A DNA stretch of 64,000 nucleotides from the NCBI GenBank assembly GCA_023213395.1, contig CM041465.1, forward strand, positions 251,727,741 to 251,791,740, read 5' to 3'. The notes below the pieces were generated by a model. It was not told the DNA's origin. It was given only the letters and a program-made list of their open reading frames with translations, and did no database searches. Shown here piece after piece: positions 39,018 to 53,069 of the stretch. The stretch is from Cycas panzhihuaensis (taxonomy: Eukaryota > Plantae > Cycadophyta). A program made the position numbers and the translations under genes. The number at the start of each line of letters is the position of its first letter. The first letter of the stretch is position 1.

Positions 39018-42000
39018 ATATCCCCTACTTGAAATAAAACTCAACCCCTACGAGTTATTATGTTAGAATTTTTGCCATTTTTCCAAGTTGATTTCCCTTA
39101 GTTTACCTTCAAAAATTAAGATATTGTCCTCTTGTTGTAGGCCTTTCCACTAAACTGAATACCTATCGTAACTACCCTATCTTGTGGGAATTATTTTTCT
39201 ATATAGTATAATGTTTAATCTCTTCCTTCTTCATCGATACTTGTTGCCTCTAATTCATCTCTTATCTTATCATTTCCTTCATGAAAAACATATAAATTAG
39301 AAACATGAAATACATGCAAGGTTGTGGGATGGATTCACCTCATAAGTATTATCAATAATTTTCTTCTTAATTCTATAGGGACCTATCTTCTTATATTTTA
39401 ATTTGTTATGCATACCTTAAGGAAATCTATCCTTCCTCAAGTACACCATCACAAAATCCCCTTCTATAAATACCTTTCTTCTCTTATTCGTTGCCTTATA
39501 CTTATCATTACTATCTTATAGTTTTCTCTTCACCTCATCATACACCTACTACATGTGCTCTATAAAGGCCTTTACATTGTCACATATCTTATCCTTAATG
39601 GATAATAATATAAAATCTAATACTCCCTTAAGATTCCTATTATACATAATTTAGAATGGTGACTTACATGTCGAATTATTTTCAGATTTATTATATACAA
39701 ACTCAACCTATGCCAATGCTAAATTCTATTGCTTAGAATTCTTTCCAATAATAGATCTTAATAGGTTGCCCAAACTCCTATTTACTACCTTTGTCTTCCC
39801 ATCAGTCTGTAGATGGTAAGCACTACTAAATTATAGATTTGTCTCCAACTTCTTCCACAATGGTCTCTAAAAATAATTTAGAAATTTATTATCTTTGTCT
39901 AAAGTAATGGTCTTTAGCACCCAACGTAACTTAACAACCTCCTTAAAAAATAAATATGTTATCCTTGTTATGTTACAAGCCTTTTTACATATAATAAAAT
40001 GAGTCATTTTTAAAAATCTATCTACAACAAAAAATGTGTAATCATTATCTTGTTGGGTATTTGACAATCATAACACAAACTCCTAGCTCAAATCTATCCA
40101 TAGTCCTTTTAGCACTAGTAAGGACATACATAGTTTAGTGTTCTATACGTGTCCTTTGTCTACTTGGTAAATCTTATACCTTGCCACATAATTTAATATA
40201 TCTAGCTTCATCTTTGGATAATAGTACTTCTCCTCTAATAAAGCTATGGTCTTATTCCTACCAAATTATTCTCTAAGACCTCTATTATATAATTCTCTCA
40301 TAATGTTATCTTTCATAGACTCAACCTGAATGCATAATTATTTTTCCTTAAATAAACATCCAACATGCATGAAATAGTCATCATAATCAAACTCAATCCC
40401 ATTGACTGAGGGATTCTTGCAATGTTCCATAACTTTGCAAAAATTTGGGTTAGTATCATATAAATCCTGTAAAGCATTAAATCCAACTACTTCACTCACC
40501 ATAGTGGTTAACATTACCACCCTCTTGCTCAATACTTCTTCCACTTAGTTTGCTTCCCTAACTTATACTTTAATACGGAGGTAAAACTCTATAAATATGA
40601 AATTCACTTAGCATTTCTAGCATTTAACTTCTTTTAGATATTGACATACTTCAATGTTTAATGGGCATTAAATAAAATAAACTCCTTAGGTATGAGATAA
40701 TACCTCTAATGTCTTAAGACTTATACAATTGCATAAAATTCTATATCATAAGTTGACTATCTCTTCTTTGTCTCATATAACTTTTCATTATATAATATAA
40801 TTGGCCTTCCTTCTTGACTTAACACAACTCTAATAATAACATGCGAGGCATTATAGTCAACTTCAAATACTTTTCTAAAATCTAGCAATGCCAATATGGG
40901 TCCCTTTATCACCTTTTGCTTCATCAACTTAAAACTCTACTTTGGTGCTTTAGCCCAAATAAATTCCTTACCCTTTGTATAATCTATCAAAGGGGCAATA
41001 ACACTACTAAAATTTCTAATGAACTTCCTATAAGATATGGCTAAGCCATGGAAGGTCCTCATCTTAGTTACACTCTTAAGATTAGATCCATTTAACAATG
41101 GCCCTAATCTTCTCCTCATCCATATATAGTCCATCCTAGAAAATTATAAATCCCAAAAATACTAGACTACTCTACACAAACTTGTATTTTTTTAGGTTCA
41201 CATATAGCTTCTCTACCCTTAATACATCTAATACTATCCTCAAATGCATTAAATATTCCTCCTTAGCTTTATTGAATATTAAAATATCATCAAAATAAAC
41301 AACTATAAACTTACCAATAAATAGTCATAGAATAAGGTTTATTAGCCTCATAAACATACTCAAGGTGTTTGACATCCCAAATGGCATAGCTAGCCATTCG
41401 TACAACCTATATCTTGTTTTGAAGATCATCTTCCATTCATCTCTTTCCTAGATCTAAATCTGGTAGTAGCCACTTCTCAGGTTGATTTTGGTGAATTAGG
41501 ATGTTCCTACCAAAATATCTATTATATCATCCATGTAAAGGATTGGGAACTTACACTTAATTATAATTTTATTAATTGTGTTATAATTAATATGCATCCT
41601 TCAATAATTATCTTTCTTTAGGATTAGAAATGTAAGAGTTGCACATGGACTTAAACTTTCTCTTATCATTCCTTTCTTTAACAACTCACTAACTTGCTTA
41701 TTTAAGTTCTCATTCTTTATTGTGCCTATTCTATAGGCTACTTGATTTGGTAAAGAAGATCATATAAGTAGTTCAATATAATGTTGAATATCCCTCATAG
41801 GTGGTAACCCATCTGACAATTCATTTGGAATACTAATTATATACTTAATTAGTATCGTTGTTACCTCATTTAGTTTGTGTACACCTTCTTCTTTGACCAC
41901 CTTTATCATCAAGGCATAATAAATATTAGTCTACTTTACTTCTCTCTTAAATTCTTTTATAGTCAACATAGTTTTTGCCTTCCCTTCTTCCTTTGCAAAC

Positions 42001-42029
42001 GACAACACCATCCTTTTAGAAGATATAAG

Positions 42030-45000
42030 TGAAGGAATGATGGATCTAGGGAATAAATTACTCACATGCAAACAATGAAAATAGATAATGAAAAAGAGAT
42101 AATAACAAGATATAGGAGCAAGCTTGGAGGTGAGAATGAATAATTACTCTCTCCTTGAGATTTCGCCTTTTATTATTAAGGGTGAGCATTAGGGTTAAGA
42201 TTTTTCTGCCTAATGACATGAACCCAAAATCACATCAAAATACACATAAAGTGCATTTCATTAAGAGACTAATACTAATCAATATATCCTAAGGTTATAT
42301 AATTAATCTACACAAATGACCTTGATACATTAACCTCTTTCAATCTCTCCCTTAATGCTGGAAGGTCATTTTTGAGAAAATCTATTCTATAAGGTCTTCA
42401 TTTGAGCCTCATTATTACATTGAAATTCTAAATGACACTTTTGTGGAAAAACCCTCATGGGAAATAAAAACCCACGGACTTTCTAAGATCTATAGCCCCT
42501 TTTATAAATCAAAATAGCTAAGGTGGCTCTTTGATGTAGCCTGACAACCAAGCAGCTTAAATATGCAACTTAATCTGCTAAGTCTTCATATACTATTTGG
42601 TTATCCCTTATGCCCTTTTGGATTTTCACAGGTTCTGATTTTTTAAAATTAGTACAACCCTTATCCTTCCATACACACATAGGGTTTTCATAAACATGAT
42701 AGAGCAGAGACTTACTCTTATTCTTCTGTGCCCATAAGGGGTTTTTACGAAGAGAATAGAGTATGATGATCTTGTTTCCATCTTCATTAATCAATCGAAG
42801 ATGGAGGCCCTAAAGTCGAACTGCCTTCAAAACTATTCAAACTTCACCTTTTACAGTAGTTTGGTGAAGATATCGACCACCTGATTTGCTGTGTGGTAGT
42901 ATTCCAGTTGAATTATTCTGTCATGAATAAGTTCTCTAATCCTGTGGACTTTCGTATTTATGTGTTTGGTATGATCATGAAATACAAGATTTTTTGCCAT
43001 GCAGATTATTGATTGATTATCCACATGAAGACCGATAGGACTTGTTTAGGTGATATTCAATATTTCTAATAATTTTCTAAGCCATATCACCTCCTTGCTG
43101 GTCTTAGAAGTAGTAATGTATTTAGCTTCAACAGTTGAATCTATAACTATCTTATGTCGTCTGGATCTCCATGATATTGGTGCTATTCCAAGAAATGTTA
43201 CATACCCAGACATAGATCTTCCTGTATCTTTATCTCCTGTAAAGTCTGAGTCTGTATATATAGAAAGTTTGAAGTCTAAATTACGTTCATACAATAGACC
43301 ATATTTGTTAATCATCTTAAGGTATCTCAACACTCGCATTGCTATCTACTAATGATTTTGCTTAGGATTTGTCATATAACAAGCAAGAATACCAACAGAG
43401 TGTGTAATATCTAGCCTTGTATTGGTAGTATAGATAAGACTACCTACAAGTTTGCTGTAGAGTATTGCATCCTCCTCCCTAGTGTCACCTTCAACTAAGA
43501 GTTTGGTATTAGGGTCCATAGGTAAAACCACTGGTCGAGCATCTTCTAACTGAAACTTTGTTAGAAAATCGTTGATGTATTTTTGTTGAGAGAGGAAATT
43601 TTTTCTTTTTTTTTATATTACTTCAATTCCCAAGTAATATTTTATCAAACCGAGGTCAGACAATTTGAACGTTTTGACAAGATCCTTTTTCAGATGGCTT
43701 ATTGCCTATTCACTATTACCCGTTACTAGTATGTCATCTACAAAGATTATAAGATAAGTGACTTTATCCTTATGGTGCTTGATGAACAATGTTACATCAA
43801 TATCTTAGTAGTCACAAACCTCATATCCAGGTTGTCACATTCTTTTAAATAACTTGGCAAACCAAGCATGAGGGGCTTGTTTAAGGCCGTACAAGGACTT
43901 TCTGAGCTTACAAACCTTATGCTCTTGACCTTTGATCTCATATCCTTCTAACTGAACCATGTAAATTTCTTCTTCAAGATCTCCATTGAGAAACGCAATC
44001 TCAATATTGAGTTGGTAGATTTTCTAACCTTGTTGAGCAGCTAAGGCCATAAGAGTTCTAATTATAGGCCACTTGGTTGTAGGTGCAAACACTTTAGTGT
44101 AGTCGATGCCTTCCCTTTGTATAAATCCTTTAGCTACCAACCTTGCCTTGGGTTTTTTAAGGGTGTCGTATGATCTATATTTGTTTTTGAACATCCATTT
44201 ATTTTGAACTACAGTTCTACCAAGTGGTAGATTAATGAGCTCATATGTATCATTCTTAATAAGAGATTGGTACTCTTCATTCATGGCATTTCTTCAGGCT
44301 ATATGTTTTACAACTTCTTGGTACATTAAAGGCTCTTCATTAAGAGTAAGATGCAGTTTTATCAGTTCAAGATTAGTGTATAATGATTCCTACATCCTTG
44401 CTCTATGGGCACTTCGAGTGCCAGTTTTGCCCACCTCATATGGTCGTATGTCCTTATTAAGTTGGCGAGCTTCTCGATATCCTTGAGTTGGGAATGAGGT
44501 CCTCATTCCCTCAACTTCTTGGTTATCATCTTGTTCATTGAAATGATTATTTTATGAGGAGGATATTGATGTGCCTGAGGAAGATGGTCCTTCTACCATT
44601 ATTTTACCTTTAACAACTAAAGGTGGAGAGGATGATTCTTCTATAATGGCTTTGCCTTTGTCAACTCTGCTATCTTCAAAAGATGGTGCTGAATGCACAC
44701 TCATCAGTTCAGAGTCATAACTTATATCCTCTAAGGCTCTATTATCAGCTTCTAATATTTGGAGTAATTTATATCTGTCTCCCCCCTCAAATTTTAGAAT
44801 CTGAACATTATACTTGATAACATGATTATAGTGGCGTGAGGGTACTTTAGAGCCCACTTTAAGTAACTGATCCTCTATCTCCATAAAAATGACATCTATG
44901 GTAATGATGATTTTTCGTTGTGAAGGTATAAAGACCTTATACCCTTTCTTATCCATAGGGTATCTAACAAAGACACTTTTAATTGCCCTTGGCTAGAGTT

Positions 45001-48000
45001 TATTTTGATCCACATCTAGAATGTGGGTATAGCATATAGAGCCAAAAATTTTGTAGTAGTGAATAATGGGGGCTTGTCCTGACCACTTTTCATTAGGTGC
45101 TTTTCCTTCCTTTAATGGGCTAACAACATTGATACAATAAACAATTGTCCAGATTGCTTCAACCCATAAGTAGGTAGGTACATTTTTGTATATCAACATA
45201 GCCCAAGCCATGTTCATGATTATCCTATTCATGCGCTCGGTAACTTTATTTTGCTATGGGGTACATGCTACTATTGTTTGATGTTTGATGCCATTGTCTC
45301 GAAGGTAGCTTTTAAACTTATGTGAGGTATATTCTCTACCATTATCAATTTGAAGACATTTGAGTTGATAACTTGACTCTTTTTCAGTGAGGGCTTTGAA
45401 TTCTTTGAATACACAGAAGACTTCATCTTTCTTGTGTAGAAAAGCTACCCATGCTTTCCTAGTGAAATCATCAATGAAAGAGATGTAATATAATTTGCCC
45501 TTCAATGAAGGAATGGGCATTGGCCCACACAAATTAGAGTATACCAATTGTAATGGATGGCTCAATTTCCATTGACTTTTGAGAAAGGGTTGTCGATGAG
45601 ATTTGGCAATGATACAAGCTTCACATTTAAAGGACTTAGATGAGAACTATTGAAGATTTGGAAGAGTATTAGAAAGATCTCTAAGTTTATCAATGTGAAC
45701 ATGGCCCATGCGAGCATGTCAAAGAGCTTCTAGTGACAATGTTAGATGGGTCAAGATGGAATTAAATGCAAATTCTTCATCGGCACAAGGGCTTTGGGCA
45801 TAATAGGCTTCAGAAAATGGAGAGCCATTTAATCGAAAGAGTTTGCCAAAGACATGTCCAGTCAAAACCACCTGATTATTTGGAGGGTGAATGACCTGGA
45901 GAGTGTGGTCATTTGCAGTTACACTTAGATCAAATCTACGAGAGACAAGTGTAGATAAGGAGAGTAGATTTTGTTTGAGATTGTGTATGTATAAGACATC
46001 AAGCAATGTAAAATCTTCTAGGCCTGGGAGTTTCAGGTGAATATTACTAATTCCTTCAATAGGTTGTTGTGATTTATTAGCCATGTGAATAACTCCTTGA
46101 ATGCTTGAGTCAAATGTCTAACATAGATTGCGATTGCATGTCATATATTGAGTTGCTCTTATGTCCATGATCCACTATCCATTGATTGAAGCCACACTAT
46201 TGGTAATTCCAATAGGGCTTGGTATTGGAGAGGGGAATTTACAAGTGATGTATCCACATCGAGCTTCAAAGTATCTCTTTGGTTGGTTAATGGCATTTGA
46301 TGCTGAAGATCCCTCAATTCTTTGAATGTGTGCTTGTACAAAATCTGCACCACTAAAGGATTCTTCACAAGTTTCTTCAACATTGTGAGCTCCATGTTTT
46401 GGTTAGAACTTGTCCAACTTATAAGTGGTAGTTCTGTAGTCTTTTGCTAAGTGTTCTTTACGGTTATACCGATCACACATAATAGTTTGATTACCAATCC
46501 CTGAAGAGGTACTAGTTTGTCTTTACAGTCTTGCTCTTTGTTAAGGTGGCGCTTGGCCTTGAGATTGTCGAGGCTGTGACTGAGGGTTTGGTTGATCTTG
46601 TGGGCGATTTCCTATGTTTCTTCCTCTTCCTCTTGCTCAGTTATTTTCTCTACCACGAGAAAGACCTTGATTTCTTATGTAGCAAACTTCTTCTTCTATG
46701 TCAAAGGCTGCATCTAGAAGAGAGTCAGAGGCTACAAAGTTTGTATCAAAGGTCTTGTAAAATTCTATGAACTTATTAGCAAGTGCTTCAAAGTTAAGTG
46801 TCTTCAATGTTCTACTAGATTGAAGACTTCTAAGCAAGTTTTTATAATTAGGAACATGTAGACATGACTAGATCAAGAATGCCCAAGTGATACATTGGGT
46901 CTTAAAATCTTTATCAATTGTCTGTTTAATTGGTCAAAGGAGATTTATTGTGTCATGGGTTCGTTCCTTCTATATTTTTAATTTATTCATTTTTAGAACA
47001 AGATGAACAAATTCTAAATTTGATTTAATATCAAAGCTTTTCTTGAGAACTTTAAGAACCTTCTAGGTTATATCATGTTGCTCTTCATTAATCAAGTTAT
47101 GTAAGGAGTGATCAATAACCAATAGAATTATTGCACAAATCTTTTCATCATCTATCTCTCATTGTAGTTTTGCTGCAGCATCTATAGGAGATATTGGGGC
47201 AGATCTACCGAAAGTGAATGTTATAGTTGTTGATGGTATGCTAGGTGTAGGCTGTAAATGGGCTCTCTAAAGGCCTTCATACTTTATAGCATTTTTAACT
47301 CTAATGTACCATAGATCCCAATTTTCTTTGTCTTTCAATATACAATTAACATTCTACTTGAATTGAGATGACATGGTGATGATGAAGAAGTAGAAGAGAT
47401 GATAGAAGTATGTGCCACAGACACATGTGGCTAATACACCTAGCGTGGTAGAGATATAGAAATGAATGCTTATGATGAGAAGTGAGTAATGATTACGTAT
47501 TTTTTAACAACTATGAAAAATAAGTATAAATAATGATGCAAGAATGAGGCCTAATGTAGAGATGGCAAAGAGTGGTGATGTGTCATGCCACTAACCTCTC
47601 ACTTATATCCAAATGTAGGTGAGGTTTTGATACCTAAGGCTTCTAGTATACGATTAGGGCCTTTACCTGCGATACCTGCACATGTGCTTAGTGATGAAAT
47701 CCAAGTCACAATAGAGCCTATGTACTCCCAGTCCTCACCCAGTTCACCAATGAGTAGTTATATACATCCTACGAAGAGTCAAACTGTACTACGTATCCCA
47801 TGGCTATGACAGATATTGGACCAGGTTAATTTTAATCTTGCATTAAGGTTTTTAGTTTTCCCAGGTGGTTATCAAGATTATCCCTGATTGGAGGCTGTAA
47901 GTATAGCTAACATGTCCCTCCACCACTATTCTGGTTAAGACCGGACTCAGTATGAAACTCACACCTCCCTTAGGTCTTGGACTTTAGCTAATCGTGGTCT

Positions 48001-49626
48001 ATTTCAACCAAGGCAAGTATGCGCACAAGTCAAGAACTAGTGGAATGGATCATACAGATGAGATTCCTTTTAGGAATAGTGTAAGATATTTCTGTATAAC
48101 TAAAAACTGAAATGGAAAGTTGCCAAATGTACTTGTTTATTTATCATTCTTGCTTTGTTATTGTTGCTGATTTATGTGATGCTTTATGCTATATGTGCAA
48201 ATAGAAAAAACATGCTAAATTTAGCAGAGGAACTAAATGTTACTTCTGATCCAAGGTTTCCCTTGCTTTAGTATAATATTTCTAAATGTGTTTTTGGAAG
48301 TTTTGTACAAAATCCATAATGGGATACAAAGTAGATCAACTTGTCGCTAAAATACTGATTTTTCTAAATCTATATGCATATTATTTTGCCTTAATTTATG
48401 ATTTTTTCACAAAATTTATAAATAATGATAAATGGGATTTTTCTTTTTAATCACAAATATGAAGGCCTAAATAATGAAAACTAAATTTATGACAAAAGGA
48501 AAAAGTATTCAGAATATCATTTTTGGTAGAGTTATGAAGTTATATTTTTAAAAAAGCATAAAAAAATTTCTGCCCAAAAAAACACAAAAGCAAAATCCTG
48601 CCAAATCCATTCTCTCAGAATCTGAACTTCAATATGTTAAAAGTTAAATTTTGACACATAAATTAATTTTTCCTTCTGCACCATCTCTAAAATCTGCTTG
48701 AAACACCCTTACAATGTCCTTTATGAAGTTAAGTAGGTAAAATCAGCAACCGTAAGAAAACTGCATAGATCTCACTAACTAGTGGATGAAATTTGATGAG
48801 ATTTATCTTAAACTGATCCTAAGACATAAATCTACCAAATCCCTTAATAAAATTTTTATATTTTTAATTAATAATTAAAGGATTTCATTGGGAAAAGTGC
48901 CTTAAATCACTTATCCACAAAATTTACCCTTTTGTCACAGCCAAAATCCACTGTTGCAGGCTGAATCTAAAATTTCTCTAGAAGACAAAAATGATTCCCT
49001 AGTCAAGGTGACTTTGCATGCCTGATTTCATTAAATTTTTAGATGGTCAAAATTTTAATGAAATTTTGGGACTTTAATGCTTTCGGGACTGTTCTGGCAG
49101 CTGAACGACTTCAAAAACATGTATTCTTCACCTTTGAATTTTTTCACATATATAGAAAGTAGCAACATACAAAGTGCTATAATTTTAAGCTCTCAAAATG
49201 TTAAAAAATGATGAATGCACTCTCAATATTTCATATTAAAGGTGAAGGAGAGGAAAAATGACTCCATGCAAGTGGAATGGAGTGAATAGATCCCCTTTTA
49301 ACTCTGATACCACATGAAGGAAGGATGGATCTAGGAAATAAATCACTCACATGCACACAATGGCAATGGAGAATGAAAAAGAGATGATAATAAGATATGA
49401 GAGCAAGCTTGGAGGTGAGAATGAATAATTACTCCCTCCTTGAGATTTCGCCTTTTATTATTGAGGGTAAGCATTAGGGTTAGGATTTCCCATCTAATGA
49501 CATGAACCCGAAATTATATCAAAATGCACATAAAGTGCATTTCATTAAGAGACTAATATTAGTCCATATATCCGAAGGTCATATAATTAATCTACATAAA
49601 TGACCTTGATACATTAACCTATTTCA
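42030..49626 (-). mobile_element. Full-length Ty1/Copia element nested in CRM unit 3 (best-preserved LTR element in the window)
   Basis: LTRs 42030-42342 and 49315-49626 (~313 bp, ~90% similar). TSD ATAAG/GTAAG. Reverse PBS ACTCTGATACCA at 49301-49312; reverse PPT TCTCTCCCTT at 42344-42353. Confidence 0.95.
42790..47374 (-). pseudogene. Copia gag-pol relic
   Basis: ORF track shows PR (MDSGS), INT LQLVYSNLCGPM...YYISFIDDFTRKAWV (45254-45565), RT KARLVAKGFIQREGIDYTKVFAP (44024-44284) and RH YTDSDFTGDKDTGRSMSGY...ISWRS (43046-43339). Confidence 0.93.
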
Positions 49627-51360
49627 GTAAGTGTTCTTCCTTCCATCATGATAAGCAGTCTTGTTATACTACCATGGTCTTCCTAAAAACATATGGCAAG
49701 TATCCATTAGAAGAACATTTCACTATATCTCATATCAGTACATGTTCATAATAGTAAAGTTTACTAAATACCTCTTATCCACTTCCACCTCACTCCTATT
49801 TTTCATGCAAGAGATTTGGTAGGCGGTAGGGTCTCTTTTATAATATAAGTCTAGTATTTCTACCATCTCGCTAGAGACCATATTCTTGCAGCTTTTACTA
49901 TTAATAAAAGCTTTGCAAACCTTACCTTAATAGGTGCATCTCATCTAGAAAATATCATTATGTAGCTGTGAATCATCATTCATCTTTGCTTTCTGTTTTT
50001 CTTATACCTATCTTTATTTTGAAGTAATCCAAGTCCTCCTTAACATCAAGTTCTCTCATACATCTGCTATAACTTCTGCTCGTTTTTCCTCAACCTCAAC
50101 TCAATTTACTCTTGGTTTCTCTCTTTGATTTTTTGGATGTTCATAGTGATAATGAAATTCATAAGCCTTATGACCTTCTTCTTTGCATCTAAAGTAAATG
50201 ATAAGCCTCTTTGGTATATTGCCTCATCGACTAAAGCCTTTACCCTTTTATGCTCCATGTAAACCTCTACCTCTTAGGTGGTCTTAGAATCCTCTTTGCT
50301 CTTGTCTCTCTAAGGCTATACCCTACATCACATCATCCTATCTCCCTATTTAATTAGATGACTCCCTACTAAAGTAATTAGATCCATCCCTACCTCTAAA
50401 TGGGGGTGATGGACCCTTTGTTATTATAAGTGATTTTCAAACAGGATTTCTATTTTGTTTCTATTTTCCCTTCAATCTAAATTAGTAAGTGTCTTCAATA
50501 CTTTTAATCTTAAGTGTGCTCAGTTCATCTTAGAAAAAAGATTTTGACCATTTATATGCTTGATAGTCATATATTTTTTATTTCCTCATGCTCTACCTTA
50601 ATAGACAACTCGTAAAATTTATCTATGTAATCTTCGACACTTATCTTTATCCATCTCAAGTTTTAGAAATTTTTGAATAAAGTTTGAGAGTAGTCCACAT
50701 GAAGGTCAATTTTTCCTTCATTTTCTTTACCATCTTATTCTAAGTTCTACTCTTATTCTTTCATTTTCTCAACCTTTCCTTATGTAAGTGATCCCACCAT
50801 AACATTGCATGGCCCTTTAGCTTGATCCATGTTAGTTTTACTTTCTTTTCCTCTATCATTTCCTTTTATTTGAAGAGTTTCTCTATGATATTTAACCAAT
50901 CAACTAACTCTTTAGGTTTTAAGCTGCCTCCATACTCTAAAACATAAAATCTTCTCTCCATTATTCTTTTGTTCTAATGCTCTTAGAATTCTCTCCTTAT
51001 AGGATGCTGGTTCATGGCATCCCTCTACCCCATAATCCACTCTAACTTCAAGCTCTAGTTTTACATCATTATCATGTCTTCTTGGACCTTGTCTTCCTCA
51101 AGAGGATTTCTTATTATCTCACCACTATCTTAACAAGCTTTGTTACCCTTCACTGTAACTCTTACATGCTTCTTTTCAATTATGCAACCACCCTCTTGGC
51201 CATTTTATATCTTAAGTTGTTTACTTTCTTATTGTAATACTTTTTAATCTACCTCTAATCATTCTCAAATATATTTTTAAAAGAAAACATAAGACTCACC
51301 ATTAATTTGTTGCAAACTTCTTCCTCTTCTCCTAGAGTTAAACTATGCCCTAACACCAAA

Positions 51361-51988
51361 TGATAGGGAGGTGTAGAATCAAATCCTTTAACAATTCATG
51401 TATGTGATAAATAAGAAGATTTAGAGTAAAATAGAGGGAACCGTTTATAAGAATACTTTTCATTAATAATTTCTCTCTCCATTTCAAAACTCTAAAAAAA
51501 GAGAGTATTTACAATCTAAAAGTACATAAATTTGAGCCCTCCATCCATGAAAAGATCCTAATTACTATCCTCTAATATTAGGTAGAAACTTTATATTTTT
51601 AGTAAAAATATAATGATTACTATGTTTAGCAAATTTTTCAAAAGATCTCTAATTTACTCAAATAAAAAATAACCTAAAGATAGCTAAATATGTAATGGAC
51701 CTTTAATCTCCTAATTACCTTTTCTTAAACATAATTCATATCTTAAAAATTATATCTTTCTATTTTTTTAAGATTTTTACATAGATGGAATTAAGAAAGC
51801 AATTTTAAAGCCTTAAATGGCCTTTTTTTTAAATAGTTACATATCTAACAATGATGTATAGCCAACTTATACTAAAAGTTGTAGATCTCATTTTAAAATT
51901 AATTTTCATATGTGAATTATTAAAAACAATTTGGAAATAAGCAAGATACATTTTTTTTCCTACTAAGAATATATATACTTCCCTATCA
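51361..51988 (-). repeat. CRM trimer LTR D (5'-most)
   Basis: TGATAGGGAGGTGTAGAAT...CCCTATCA; decayed reverse PBS GCCCTAACACCA at 51347-51358. No PPT to the right; the host LTR resumes there. Confidence 0.88.
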
Positions 51989-53069
51989 AACAGCATATAA
52001 GGAGTGGATTAGTCATTTAGATGATTAAGATTTTAGGGCTTATTTGGTCTATATTATCATTCAGGACCAAATGTTATTTTAAAGGGTTCCCTTACCTCAA
52101 AGAGGAATAATCTACCATAAAAGAAATTATATTATCTTTTGGAAGAATTGTAATAGAGATAATTAGATACTACTTCATTTTTTATTATAAAATTATCAAT
52201 TTTATTATTATTTCATTTATTTTTTTATGTATTGGTACTTATGTTACTATTTGAATGTTTCTTGTCAATATAATTTGGAGACCTTATTGGTATTATTCAT
52301 TTCCATGTTTTGATATTTGATAATACTCAAATTTTCCTATTGTTATTTATTATTGAAACTAGTAAGCAACCTCAAAAGGTTGCTTTAAGTGGTATCAAAA
52401 CCAAATCTTGACCAATTAGTATTTTTTATTAAAGATATGCAATTTTAGGAGTGAAATTATAGAATTAAAAAAAACGATCACAAATATTAGACAAACAAAC
52501 CTATGTCCTAAATTTTAAGTGGTTACACTATATATTTTTTAGAGTAATTGTAAAATTTATGAGGGTTTCAATTTTGTCCTACTATTTGTCATCGCTTATA
52601 GGGTTGAAAATCTACTACCTCAACTTCTGATAATCGTAATGAGATTTATGTATCTAATTAACCTCTTTTTATTATTAGTAGTAGGTGAATCTTAAATTAT
52701 ACTTTCCATAAAAAGTGATCTTTGCCATATTAGATACTAGAATTAAAAGTAATGAGTATTTTTATAAGAGACATGATTGTTATCCCCAAACCTTTCAATC
52801 ATTGATCAACTTCAAGAGATCACCAAGAGGCTACAAGTCTTTAAATCACCTCTAACTAGATTCATTAGAAGTGTCTTTTAGTCCTCTTTCTATGAAAATT
52901 TGTTAGATTTAGTTTTTGTGATTAGAATATAATTTATTTTAAGTTTAGTGATAAAGGTCTATTTTGTCCTAAATTTTCTTTAAATTTCTAGTAATTTTTT
53001 ATTTTTTAGCAAATTCTTTCTTTATTAAAAAATATTTGGAAAATATTTTTATTAAAAAAAAAAAAAGAA

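Larger units (their letters stand above)
39060..51270 (-). pseudogene. CRM unit 3 gag-pol relic, interrupted by Copia 42030-49626
   Basis: ORFs 39867-40067 (INT FVVDRFLKMTHFI), 40338-40544 and 40937-41134 (RT/RH); gag and protease at 49630-51270 are colinear with units 1 and 2. Confidence 0.9.
20652..51988 (-). mobile_element. Head-to-tail tandem trimer of CRM-clade Gypsy elements sharing LTRs (LTR-I-LTR-I-LTR-I-LTR)
   Basis: Four homologous LTRs with TGATG...CATCA-type ends: 20652-21376, 26149-26885, 38325-39017, 51361-51988. Each inner LTR has a PBS on one side and a PPT on the other. Outer flanks AACGA (20647-20651) and AACAG (51989-51993); the host LTR resumes across the block. Confidence 0.88.

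Noticed and set aside
42570-42794. Env-like extra ORF after Copia pol
   Set aside because: Only 74 aa, with a TTG start and no transmembrane segment; it overlaps the 3' UTR repeats.
47680-47965. Hammerhead ribozyme / retrozyme candidate
   Set aside because: No CUGANGA...GAAA core with the required stems was found by eye.
20386-52402. Host element read as a tandem (PPT-LTR-PBS) with its LTR starting at 20386
   Set aside because: Homology to the 3' copy begins at 20221/57773 and a TSD fits there, so the PPT-like motif at ~20375 lies inside the LTR.
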